DNA of 64,000 nt from positions 4,529-68,528 of the forward strand of contig CACIJW010000006.1 of assembly GCA_902587125.1 (NCBI GenBank), read 5' to 3'. Below, piece by piece: positions 40,841-50,657 of the stretch. The notes below the pieces were generated by a model. That model ran no database searches. It was given only the letters and a program-made list of their open reading frames with translations, and was not told where the DNA came from. The position numbers and the translations under genes are program-made. Each line of letters opens with the position of its first letter. The first letter of the stretch is position 1. Origin of the DNA: an uncultured Bacteroidota bacterium (GTDB taxonomy: Bacteria; Bacteroidota; Bacteroidia; Flavobacteriales; BACL11).

Positions 40841-41835
40841 CTTTTAACATCCAATAAATCTCTTAGTCCATTTCCAAGGTTTATAAATGACAGAACTAAA
40901 GTCATTATGAAAAGTCCAGGAATTATCGCAAGATAAGACTTATCCATAAATATAAAATAATAATGGTCTCTTAACATTGAACCCCATGTTGGTACCGGTG
41001 GTTGGGCTCCAAGACCTAAAAAAGACAAGCCAGACTCAAGCAATATAGCTGCTGAAAAGTTTGCTGTTGAAATTACCAAGATGGTTGAAAAAATGTTGGG
41101 TAAGATATGTTTAACTATCAATCTGCTTGATTTATATCCAAGAACTTCACCGGCTTCTACAAACTCTTTTTCTTTTAACGACATAAATTGTCCCCTTACT
41201 ATTCTCGCTACATCAACCCACATGGTTAAACCAATTGCTATAAAAACTTGATTAAACCCTTTACCAATTGCTAAGGAGATAGCTATTACAAGAAGTAATG
41301 TTGGTATAGACCATGTTACATTTATTAACCACATTATGGCCTTATCAATTTTTCCACCGTAAAAACCTGAAATTGAGCCTAAAAAAATTCCTATAGCTAA
41401 TGAAATTAAAACAGACAAGAAACCAATTGTCAAAGACACTTTCATACCATAAATTATTCTACTAAAAAAATCTCTTCCAAATTTATCCGTTCCCATTAAG
41501 AAAAATTGGCTCTGAATATTCCCTAAACCTAAACTACTACTAAAAATAATTTTTTCGTTATTACCAAATTTTTCGAAACTAATCAGATCTCCGTTTTTTT
41601 TGTTTATTAAAATAGTACCTTCTTTGATATAAATTTTTTTATCATCAATTAAAATGAAATCTAATTTAGATAAAGGTTTTAATGTTGCTATTTGCAAATT
41701 CATATCATTAGCAAACTTTGATTTATCATTAATGATTGTAAAACCAAAAATTGAAAGCAAAGCATATGCGAAAATTATTAAAAGAGATAATTTAGTTATT
41801 AAGGTTGCTCTATTTATTAGTTCAAATAATTTCAT
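40837..41835 (-). CDS. Oligopeptide/dipeptide ABC transporter permease (OppC/DppC type)
   Basis: MGTDKFGRD, EFVEAGEVLG (EAA loop), HILPN and ESGLSFLGLG motifs. Confidence 0.9.
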   Translation of the reverse strand: MKLFELINRATLITKLSLLIIFAYALLSIFGFTIINDKSKFANDMNLQIATLKPLSKLDFILIDDKKIYIKEGTILINKKNGDLISFEKFGNNEKIIFSSSLGLGNIQSQFFLMGTDKFGRDFFSRIIYGMKVSLTIGFLSVLISLAIGIFLGSISGFYGGKIDKAIMWLINVTWSIPTLLLVIAISLAIGKGFNQVFIAIGLTMWVDVARIVRGQFMSLKEKEFVEAGEVLGYKSSRLIVKHILPNIFSTILVISTANFSAAILLESGLSFLGLGAQPPVPTWGSMLRDHYYFIFMDKSYLAIIPGLFIMTLVLSFINLGNGLRDLLDVKS

Positions 41836-42929
41836 TTTGATAATGATCTACCCTTCCATTCAAATTTAGTGAATAATGATATTATCATAATGTAAGGAAT
41901 GTAAAAACAATACAAAATCTCAACAAAAAAAAGGTACTTAATTAGTTTCTTTTTTTTAAAAAATTTCAAAATTTCATGTAGAAAAAATAAATCTATCAAA
42001 AACTTAGAAGTAAAAATAAATATTAAGGTCAAAAACTCACTGTATAATATGTAATTAAACAAAAGAGCAACCACATTTAAATGCATTAAAAGAATAAGAA
42101 ACCCTAAAAAAATTGTGTCTTTATCTGAATAAAATATACTTTTTTTTGTCCATCTTTTTCTTTGATTAATGAATTCATTGATATTTTTTTTAGGTTGAGT
42201 AAGTACAATTGCCTCAAAAGATTTCATAAACCTAATTGATTTTTTAGAATTATTTTTAACTGAATGCATCAAGAATACATCATCACCAGATGATATCTCG
42301 TTTCTTATTTTATTTTTATTTTTTTCAAAAATAGTTTTTCTTATGGCTAGATTTGCTCCATTACAAAAGAGAGAACTATGCAATCCAATTGAAGCAGCTC
42401 CTGTGCCAATTAATGACAAAAACTCTAAATTTTGTATTTGATCTAAAATATTATTTTCAATAAACATAACTGGCCCACTTACCATATTAACAGATTTATC
42501 ATTGAAAATTGATAACATTTCGATAGCCCAATTTTTATTTAACCTACAATCTGCGTCTGTAAATAATAATATATTTCCTTTAGCATGCTTTACACCCTCT
42601 TGTATGGCTTGTTTTTTTCCTTTATTCCCACCGCTGAGTTGATATAATTTAAAATCAAATCTTGATTTATTTTCTTTCAAAATTTGTAATGTTTTATCAC
42701 TAGAACCATCATCTACCAAGATTGTTTCAATATTTCTTTTGGGATAGTTTTGAGCAGAAATATCTTTGAGAATATTTAAAATGTTTTCTTCCTCATTTCT
42801 AACAGCAATTATTATTGAAGTACTTACGTCCAATGAAGAAAAATTTTTTTTTAAATTTTTCCAAGAAAACCGCAATACAATAAAGACTACAGAATACAGC
42901 AGTAATATGATTAAAGAAAAAAATATCAT
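41832..42929 (-). CDS. Glycosyltransferase family 2, membrane-bound
   Basis: IIAVRNEE, DDGSSD, GKK, TDAD, NGAN, SGDD and QRKRW motifs. Confidence 0.92.
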   Translation of the reverse strand: MIFFSLIILLLYSVVFIVLRFSWKNLKKNFSSLDVSTSIIIAVRNEEENILNILKDISAQNYPKRNIETILVDDGSSDKTLQILKENKSRFDFKLYQLSGGNKGKKQAIQEGVKHAKGNILLFTDADCRLNKNWAIEMLSIFNDKSVNMVSGPVMFIENNILDQIQNLEFLSLIGTGAASIGLHSSLFCNGANLAIRKTIFEKNKNKIRNEISSGDDVFLMHSVKNNSKKSIRFMKSFEAIVLTQPKKNINEFINQRKRWTKKSIFYSDKDTIFLGFLILLMHLNVVALLFNYILYSEFLTLIFIFTSKFLIDLFFLHEILKFFKKKKLIKYLFFVEILYCFYIPYIMIISLFTKFEWKGRSLSK

Positions 42930-43894
42930 GCCTGGCTTTTTAATTTATTAAAAAAAAGAAGACCAATTAATGAAGGTATTACGAGGTTTACTAACCAAAC
43001 TAGTATTGTAGCAGAAATTATGTTAGTTGAAATATCAACTAATGCAAAAATCGCAAGAGCTGAACTTACTCTTACACCAGCATCTGTTATTGAAACTGTT
43101 GGTATCGCTGTTACTAATAGAATAGATATTGGTTTTAGTATTACAAAATCTATTAAAGAAACACGAATATCAAACGTTAAAAAAGCAATATAATACTGAA
43201 TCATAAAAATTATATATCTAAAAATTGAATATAAATATGAAATCAAAAGCTCTTTTTTGCTATAAATTTTAAAAACTTCAATTTGACTTAAGTATTTATT
43301 TTTTTTTGAGAAAATTGATGCAAAATCATAAACTTTGTTTGTAAAAAAATATAAAATGTTTGATATAATTAATGTAAAAAAAATTATGAAGTAGTAATAA
43401 TTTATATCTAAATACTCATCAATATTAAAATAGTTTGGGAAATAAAATAATGAAATTAGTCCAGTAGTAATTGTAGTCAGCAATTGACTATAATTTCCAA
43501 TAAATGTTATTATTGAAGCCTTAATCCTATTTCCTTTTGAAATAAAAATAATTCTTCCTAAAAATTCTCCCGTTCTGTTTGGTGTTAAAAAAGAAACAGA
43601 CAATCCAGAAAAAATCGCTTTAATACTTTGTCCAAGTTTCAAATATTGAACTTTATATAATAAAAACCTCCACTTTTGAGCCTCTACAAACCACTGAATA
43701 AACATAAGCATGAACAATAGAGATAAATAAAAATAATTTTTTTTGAGAAGTGGTAAATTTTGAGCTATGTTATAATCGGCAAACTTCGAATCAAATTGCC
43801 TGTACAAAACAAAAATTATAGTAAATGATATTAAAACTTTTAATATCTTCAAAATATTTGTTTTCTTTAACACTTTTAATTTGTAACTGGACAA
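42926..43894 (-). CDS. Lysylphosphatidylglycerol synthase TM-region (flippase-like) protein
   Basis: EAQKW, TPNRTGE..GR and GVR motifs; multiple TM helices; start uncertain. Confidence 0.75.
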   Translation of the reverse strand: MSSYKLKVLKKTNILKILKVLISFTIIFVLYRQFDSKFADYNIAQNLPLLKKNYFYLSLLFMLMFIQWFVEAQKWRFLLYKVQYLKLGQSIKAIFSGLSVSFLTPNRTGEFLGRIIFISKGNRIKASIITFIGNYSQLLTTITTGLISLFYFPNYFNIDEYLDINYYYFIIFFTLIISNILYFFTNKVYDFASIFSKKNKYLSQIEVFKIYSKKELLISYLYSIFRYIIFMIQYYIAFLTFDIRVSLIDFVILKPISILLVTAIPTVSITDAGVRVSSALAIFALVDISTNIISATILVWLVNLVIPSLIGLLFFNKLKSQA

Positions 43895-43909
43895 TAATAC
43901 AAAGAAAAT

Positions 43910-44464
43910 ATGGTTAGCGATAAAATAATTTTAGGTATTGATCCTGGGACAATTGTAATGGGCTACGGACTAGTACACATAAAAAATAAAAAAATTGAGC
44001 TAATAAATTTTGGTATTATTAAACTTGCTCAATATCAATCTCATCAAGATAAACTGAAAAAAATTTTTGAAAGAATCACTGAGCTAATTACAGAATACAA
44101 ACCTGATGAAATTTCGATTGAAGCTCCTTTTTTTGGAAAGAATGTTCAATCAATGTTAAAACTGGGGAGGGCTCAAGGGGTTGCAATGGCTGCTGCACTT
44201 AATAAAAATATACCAGTTTTTGAATACAGCCCAAGAAAAATAAAAAAATCTATCACTGGAAAAGGGAATTCATCTAAAGATCAAGTTGCTGGAATGATTC
44301 AAAATCTTTTAAATATGAAAAGTAAACCAGAGAACCTTGATGCAACTGATGGACTAGCTGCAGCTTTATGTCACCATTTTCAACGCGATAACACAAATAA
44401 CAAAACTAACTATTCAAATTGGTCATCATTTGTTAAACAAAACAAAGATAAGATTAAACAGTAA
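43910..44464 (+). CDS. ruvC: Holliday junction resolvase RuvC
   Basis: ILGIDPG, E.PF, LGRAQG, ITGKG..SKDQV and DATDGLAAALCH motifs. Confidence 0.97.
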   Translation: MVSDKIILGIDPGTIVMGYGLVHIKNKKIELINFGIIKLAQYQSHQDKLKKIFERITELITEYKPDEISIEAPFFGKNVQSMLKLGRAQGVAMAAALNKNIPVFEYSPRKIKKSITGKGNSSKDQVAGMIQNLLNMKSKPENLDATDGLAAALCHHFQRDNTNNKTNYSNWSSFVKQNKDKIKQ

Positions 44465-44852
44465 ATTTTAACAATTGACAAATGTTAAGCATTTCTTCGT
44501 CAGTTAATTTTAAAGGAGATTTGTTGAAGTTCATATCCTCAAAAGAATTTATTGGTATTAAATGAATATGAGCATGAGGAACATCTAATCCAACAACTGA
44601 CATACCAATTTTGTCGCAAGTTATTTTTTTTTTCATATTAATAGCAACTCTTTTTGCAAAAGAAAATAAACTATTGTATGAATTTTCATTAAGACTAAAA
44701 ATGTTTTCAACTTGTAATTTTGGGACTATTAGTGTATGTCCTTTTCTTAAGGGTTTTATATCTAGAAAAGCAATGTTCTCCTTGTCCTCACAAACTATAT
44801 AAGAAGGTAATTCTCTATTTATTATTCTGGTAAATATTGAATGTGAACTCAA
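44454..44852 (-). CDS. HIT family nucleotide hydrolase
   Basis: SIFTRII, GHTLIVPK and VPHAHIHLIP (histidine triad). Confidence 0.93.
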   Translation of the reverse strand: MSSHSIFTRIINRELPSYIVCEDKENIAFLDIKPLRKGHTLIVPKLQVENIFSLNENSYNSLFSFAKRVAINMKKKITCDKIGMSVVGLDVPHAHIHLIPINSFEDMNFNKSPLKLTDEEMLNICQLLKFTV

Positions 44853-45322
44853 ATTGTAATATCTAATATCTTGAATTTGATAATTCCTGAAGGAACTGAT
44901 ATATCAACAATTTCACCAACTTTTTTTCCCATTAGTCCTTTTCCAATTGGTGAGCTTATTGAAATCTTCTTATTTTTCAAATCGGCTTCGGATTCTGAGA
45001 CTAAAGTGTAAGACATCTTTTGTTTTGATTGAGTATTTTCAATTTCGACTGTAGTTAAAAGTTTGGCAGTAGATAAATCAATATTTTTTTCGTCTAATAC
45101 TCTTGATTTTGACAACTCATTTTCTAGCCTGGCAATTCTTGCCTCGAGTAATCCTTGGGCTTCTTTCGCAGCATCATACTCTGCATTCTCGGACAAATCT
45201 CCTTTGTCTCTAGCTTCAGCAATTTGATTTATTATTTTTGGACGCTCAATGCTTTTAAGATTATTGAGCTCATCTTTTAATTTTTCCATTCCCTCTTTTG
45301 AGAGATAAATAAAGCTACTCAT
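44849..45322 (-). CDS. greA: Transcription elongation factor GreA
   Basis: ARDKGDLSENAEYDAAKE and SPIGKGL motifs. Confidence 0.97.
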   Translation of the reverse strand: MSSFIYLSKEGMEKLKDELNNLKSIERPKIINQIAEARDKGDLSENAEYDAAKEAQGLLEARIARLENELSKSRVLDEKNIDLSTAKLLTTVEIENTQSKQKMSYTLVSESEADLKNKKISISSPIGKGLMGKKVGEIVDISVPSGIIKFKILDITI

Positions 45323-45326
45323 AATA

Positions 45327-46445
45327 TTATAAATTTATTCTTGCTCCTATACTATGCGATCCCTGAAAAGGATTAGTATGTCTGTAAGAATAATCTAAAC
45401 CAAAAGTTGAGCCATTACCCATAGGTAGTTCAAGTGTAAATCCTGCGGAAGGACCTCTCAGAGCAGTTGTTCTATAGCTATCTAGTGAATTTTCTTCAGC
45501 AGCTTTTTTGCTATTCATAATTCCGTCCTCCGCAACATAACCACCTCTTAGCATTAAAATTTCTTTGTAAGAATACTCAACACCAAGCCTATATTGATCT
45601 TTTTGAAAAGAATTAGAAGTAAATGTTCCTGCAGTTGTTACTCTATGTAAATTTACATTGACATCGTAAGATGCTCCAATATTTAAAAGAGCAGGAAGCT
45701 CAAACTCTGATGATCTTTGCTCTACAGTCATTTCGTAATTTGGATCGACATAATTTCTGAATGATAAACCATCTCCAGAAAATGACATTCTTGGACCAAC
45801 ATTCTTTAATGAAATACCAAATTTAAGATTATCCTTTTTTCCTGTCACATACTGTATTCCAGCATCTAGTGCTATGCCCTGGGCAGCTAGATTAGATATC
45901 TGCTCAGAAACCAATTTGACTGTAACACCGCCGTATATGCTATTTGAAAATATCCTTGCATAAGAAAACCCTAGGTTTAAATATTTTGGTGAAAAAGTTC
46001 CAATTCCACCATCAGGCAACTCGACTGTTGTAATTTCAATTTCACCGAAGTCCATAGACATAACTGACATTCCTAAGACTCCTGATTCTCCTACTTTTTG
46101 AGAAAAACCAAATGAACTTATGTTACTAACGGATTCATTAGCATCAAACATTTTACTTCCGTATTGAAGCCAAGATGTCTGTGAAAAGATTAATTCAGTT
46201 TTTTCTGTAAATGCTAGACCTGCAACATTAGAATAAATACCTTCTAAACCCCTAACTCCTGCAACGTTAGCGGTTCCCCATCCTGAAGATCTTGACCATG
46301 GATTTATTAATAACTCAGATGCACCAGCCTGTCCTGATCTTTGTTCATTACCAGCGTATATGTTAGAAGAATAGAAAATCTCAGCTAAAATTACAGTAAG
46401 AACTATAAAGCTTTTAAGTATTATATTTTTATTTAATTTCTTCAT
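45327..46445 (-). CDS. PorV/PorQ-family (FadL-like) outer-membrane barrel
   Basis: Signal peptide; N-term GASELLINPWSRSSGWG and NVAGLA hatch motifs; DAG.QY...FGISLKNVG; LRGGY. Confidence 0.8.
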   Translation of the reverse strand: MKKLNKNIILKSFIVLTVILAEIFYSSNIYAGNEQRSGQAGASELLINPWSRSSGWGTANVAGVRGLEGIYSNVAGLAFTEKTELIFSQTSWLQYGSKMFDANESVSNISSFGFSQKVGESGVLGMSVMSMDFGEIEITTVELPDGGIGTFSPKYLNLGFSYARIFSNSIYGGVTVKLVSEQISNLAAQGIALDAGIQYVTGKKDNLKFGISLKNVGPRMSFSGDGLSFRNYVDPNYEMTVEQRSSEFELPALLNIGASYDVNVNLHRVTTAGTFTSNSFQKDQYRLGVEYSYKEILMLRGGYVAEDGIMNSKKAAEENSLDSYRTTALRGPSAGFTLELPMGNGSTFGLDYSYRHTNPFQGSHSIGARINL

Positions 46446-46455
46446 AATCTTCTTT

Positions 46456-49400
46456 TTAGAATGTGTCTAAGTCAATTGGTCTAAGTGCACCAAACCATTT
46501 AAGTACTTTTTCTCCTTCATTTGTTTTCACATGTATTACGTATAATCCACTAGCAATTGGAATACCGTAATCATTTTTTAAATCCCAATCTATCGAGCTA
46601 ATGCTAGAATCATCTTTTTTGAGTGTTCTAACTAGTGTTCCACTTAATGTAAAAATTGAAATGGTTGCTTTTTGAGGAAGATTGGTTATTTTTATTCTAT
46701 TGTCCAACTGATTTGTTTCATATTCTGAATAACCATAATATGGGTTTGGAACTACATTAATCATGTCGATTGATGATCTTGCAACAGAGTTATTACCTAT
46801 TTCAGCTACTATATCATCAGTTGAAAATCTATATATTGGATTAAAATTATTTGATGATTCTCCCTCAACAACTCTAGCACGTGAATTTCCTGTAAATGAA
46901 GTTGTAGTTGCAATGAAAGACTCTCCAGGCTTATAAGTTGTTCCATTATGTGTAATATTAAATCCTCCCCATGTAGTTTGATCATTTTTAAAAGTTACAA
47001 CATAATTGGTTCCAACTATCAAATCATCATCCTTTGATAGAAATCTTGAAGGATCAACAGATTCAAATTGTTTATAAGGCTTGGATACTCTTAGCTTCAC
47101 TCTTGCGTCAGTGGTGAGTAAATTTCTTCCAGGAGCTAATAAGGGAACTGATGTCCAGGTAACATGCTTAAAAACGTTAAACTGAGCAGGTAAACCCCCA
47201 TCGCTTAGTTGTGCATACGCCCATGCTCCCTCATCATAGTTTGGACAATTGTCAACCTCTAAATAATCTCCACTTATATAATCTTCTGTCCCTTTTACCC
47301 ACGACTCCCCTCTTAAAATGTATATAAAGTGCTTACCGCCAAGCAAGTAATTTCCACCTGAAAATTGTTGACCTTGAGGAGCAGTAGGGTCATACTGTGG
47401 AAAATCACTAGTGACGATGTTGGATGTAGGGTTCCATATCATATCATTTCCATTTTCGTTAGTCAGCCATGAATCTTCAGCAAAAATTATATTCAATCTT
47501 TCACCTGTTTGTACGTCAATGGCATATCCAGGGAACCAACCCATACCAACTCCAGACTCCGGATTACCGTCTTTATCAACAGAAGGACTTTGTCTAAGTC
47601 CCATTTTAATTTGACCTCCGATTGATAATGTTGGATCATCTTGTGCTTCAACAACTGGACATCTTGTCCATAAGTCTTTATTTTGAGTAAATACAACATC
47701 AACTGAGTTTAATTTATCAATTTTTACATACGAATTAGTGACGGTATTATTAAAGCCAGGACCATCATTAAAATTAGATGCAAACCTGTAAGGAGCCCAA
47801 GTTCCTCCAGTTACGTCAATAGAGAAATTACCAAAACCGACGGTAACAGATTTTTCGATTACAGTTTCAAAAACACCATTAGGGTCATCTGTTTGATTGT
47901 AATCGCTCAAAGAAGCATCATTATCATTTGTGAACGAACCAGCTCTGATCCAATTAAGCCCCCACAGACTGAAGAAAGCTGACTCATCATCCCTGTCTGG
48001 AACACCAGAAAGCCACCTGTCATTAGGGTCATCATAATCAACTGAGCCAGAGATAAGACCATTACTATTAATATTGTTAGGATCTGCACCAGGGTTACTT
48101 GATTGTTTAATTTTAAAACTTAGACCAAGTTCATCAATGAACTGATTATCACCAATAGTGATTGACTTTTCTGAGCTAGAAATAATCTCTCCATTGTCAT
48201 CCTCCAAAGTCCATCCATAATAACTTTCAACAAAGTTTTGATTTGAAACTTGTGGACTATCTAACTTTAAAACATAAGTACCTGCAACAACACTTACTGG
48301 ATCAACTACAGTAATTTCAATTGGTCCACTACCTGCTTCGTATTCAATCTCCGAGGATCTATAGTCGATTCCATTTAAGATTGCATTTTCAGAATTTTGT
48401 GTCATAATTAATTCCAAACCTCCATTTCCTTGACCCTCCACTCTTGTAATTTTTACTCCATCACCATAGCTTGAGTTTAGTTGAGTACCTCCACCATCAG
48501 GGCTAATATTGTGTGGAATGGCTGAGTAAACCTTAATATTTCTTCTGCCTCCAATGTAGGGTTGATTTCTTCCATCATAATTTGGATCATTTACATTATA
48601 TGGATCAGCATTTTCTTCCGCTTGGTTGTAACCATATGCAATACTCATAAAATAATATGTTTTATGATTAACTAGCTTCGTGCTACCTAGTGCAAACTTA
48701 TCATCTAAAATCTGAAATGAGTACTCTGTACCTTCATCGACTGAACCAATAACTCCTTGACTTAAAACTGATGAGACCTCTTCAACTGGAGTAAATACTC
48801 CTAATACCGGATCTAAGTATTGATTAATTATTCCAGTAACTCCATCTTTTACATCTGATCGATAAACAAGCCTTGCTTTGTCAGGGTTATCTAAGTCAGT
48901 AACTGAGACTGTTGCATCAACTAACTGATAAACTAAATATCCTTGAAACTCGTAATTAGGACTATTTAATAAATTATCAGGTTTTGTTATGTAAGGATCT
49001 TTTTCAGAATATGATTCTTCATAATTATTAGAAGTAACTTTATTGGACAAAGTAATTATTAATTCTTGGTCTAACTCCCTGATCTCTAGGTCTGGGGCAT
49101 CTGGTCCATTTAATATGTTGAAATTATTATCGAACAAAGCTTGAGCTTCTTTATCATAAATTTTAACAAGTTGCACCGACGCAGTTTGTCCACCTGTGTT
49201 AGCTCTAGCCCATACAACACCTGTAGTAATTTCATTTACTGCTCCAGGTTGCAAAGTAAAGGGACCAGCAGATTGTAAAAATCTTCTGTCAGCAGGAGTA
49301 TTACCTGCAGTTACTTCAGTCCACTCTTGTCCTGGAAAGTCAGGATCTGATGTACCTGGGAACATAAAATTACAGAGGTCTGTTGTAGATCCTTGTCCGC

Positions 49401-50652
49401 TTCCGTGACCATCTCCACCATATGTCATTGGAACATTGTCTTTCCAAATTCCTCTTAAGTAATTATAAATATGTGTACCGGTGGAAGGATTTCCTGTAAC
49501 AGTAAAGTCATTGTTATAGTAGACGAATTTTGACATTATAATTTGCTCTCCATATTCATCTACGGTACCATCTCTATCATTATCTATTCCATCATTTGGA
49601 TCAGCTAATGGTCCTTGGAAAAAGTCAACTCCTATTGCTGGAGGATTAAAACCGTAGCCTGCAGCTCCTTCATCTTCAGCATCTCCGTTATAGCAAAAGC
49701 CAAGCCCTAAACCTACATCACATCCTACGTAATCATCAAGATAATATCCTAAATCTGGATCTACCCACTGACCAAAATATGTGTCTAAAAGTGGAAGAGT
49801 AGACCTGTTAATAATTTTGTAATTGTAGAAAGTCATATCATTGACTTCATTGTCAGCAGTAAAACCAAATGCTTGAGCATGAATTTCAAGACCTAAAGCC
49901 TCAGCTTCAGATTCTGTATGTATATTTCCTTTGTCATTAAAAATCCAAAAAAGAGTTTGATCTCCATATAATTTAGAATCATCATTTGTTCCTGTCACAT
50001 TGTAATCAGGATAGTCACCAGCAAGAGGATTATAGTTCCCATCGCCATTTCTGTCGTAAAAAGGTGCCAAGTAATAATCTTGACCTTGTGACACATCACC
50101 ATGAGCTGGCCATTCTAAAACTGATTCAGGAATGTCACTTTGGTTGATTGCTCCATTGGAATTATCGTAATCAGAAACGAATTGCTCTACCTCAGTTCTG
50201 TTGATTTTAAAATGCTTATCCCATTCTTCACATTCCTCAGGTGATATAGTTGCAGTATTAACATCAAGAGGACCAGGCCAAAAGTCATTACCTCCTTGCC
50301 TATATGTCATAGCTGCCACTTTTAATTGACCCCCAGCATCAACACCACCAATCCATAAAGCACCAGCAAACATTGAATGTTTATTTCCATCTTTTGGAAT
50401 TTCATATCTTGCATCATCTAAATTCCACCACATATCTCCTCCGCCCATGATAGTTGTCCTAACATTATTAACATCTAAGTCTGTTTGTGAAGTGGAGGGT
50501 GTACATCCAGCTGCAACTCTTTCGTTTTTGACATTAGAAATACCAGGATAATTAATATTTTCTTTAGCTGAAACATAAACTGAAATGAGTAAGGCTAAAA
50601 GGGTAATTTTTATTTTCTCAATTTTAATCATATGTGTATTATTCAATTTCAT
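46456..50652 (-). CDS. Large acidic secreted protein with FlgD-Ig/T9SS-like C-terminal domain
   Basis: Signal peptide; LDVNNVR..., FAGALWIGG, DFWPGP; Dx(D/N)xDG loops; C-term VVPNPY...ITNLP...IFTLSGTLVRTL...WDLKN...IASGLYVIHV. Confidence 0.82.
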   Translation of the reverse strand: MKLNNTHMIKIEKIKITLLALLISVYVSAKENINYPGISNVKNERVAAGCTPSTSQTDLDVNNVRTTIMGGGDMWWNLDDARYEIPKDGNKHSMFAGALWIGGVDAGGQLKVAAMTYRQGGNDFWPGPLDVNTATISPEECEEWDKHFKINRTEVEQFVSDYDNSNGAINQSDIPESVLEWPAHGDVSQGQDYYLAPFYDRNGDGNYNPLAGDYPDYNVTGTNDDSKLYGDQTLFWIFNDKGNIHTESEAEALGLEIHAQAFGFTADNEVNDMTFYNYKIINRSTLPLLDTYFGQWVDPDLGYYLDDYVGCDVGLGLGFCYNGDAEDEGAAGYGFNPPAIGVDFFQGPLADPNDGIDNDRDGTVDEYGEQIIMSKFVYYNNDFTVTGNPSTGTHIYNYLRGIWKDNVPMTYGGDGHGSGQGSTTDLCNFMFPGTSDPDFPGQEWTEVTAGNTPADRRFLQSAGPFTLQPGAVNEITTGVVWARANTGGQTASVQLVKIYDKEAQALFDNNFNILNGPDAPDLEIRELDQELIITLSNKVTSNNYEESYSEKDPYITKPDNLLNSPNYEFQGYLVYQLVDATVSVTDLDNPDKARLVYRSDVKDGVTGIINQYLDPVLGVFTPVEEVSSVLSQGVIGSVDEGTEYSFQILDDKFALGSTKLVNHKTYYFMSIAYGYNQAEENADPYNVNDPNYDGRNQPYIGGRRNIKVYSAIPHNISPDGGGTQLNSSYGDGVKITRVEGQGNGGLELIMTQNSENAILNGIDYRSSEIEYEAGSGPIEITVVDPVSVVAGTYVLKLDSPQVSNQNFVESYYGWTLEDDNGEIISSSEKSITIGDNQFIDELGLSFKIKQSSNPGADPNNINSNGLISGSVDYDDPNDRWLSGVPDRDDESAFFSLWGLNWIRAGSFTNDNDASLSDYNQTDDPNGVFETVIEKSVTVGFGNFSIDVTGGTWAPYRFASNFNDGPGFNNTVTNSYVKIDKLNSVDVVFTQNKDLWTRCPVVEAQDDPTLSIGGQIKMGLRQSPSVDKDGNPESGVGMGWFPGYAIDVQTGERLNIIFAEDSWLTNENGNDMIWNPTSNIVTSDFPQYDPTAPQGQQFSGGNYLLGGKHFIYILRGESWVKGTEDYISGDYLEVDNCPNYDEGAWAYAQLSDGGLPAQFNVFKHVTWTSVPLLAPGRNLLTTDARVKLRVSKPYKQFESVDPSRFLSKDDDLIVGTNYVVTFKNDQTTWGGFNITHNGTTYKPGESFIATTTSFTGNSRARVVEGESSNNFNPIYRFSTDDIVAEIGNNSVARSSIDMINVVPNPYYGYSEYETNQLDNRIKITNLPQKATISIFTLSGTLVRTLKKDDSSISSIDWDLKNDYGIPIASGLYVIHVKTNEGEKVLKWFGALRPIDLDTF

Positions 50653-50657
50653 TTTGT

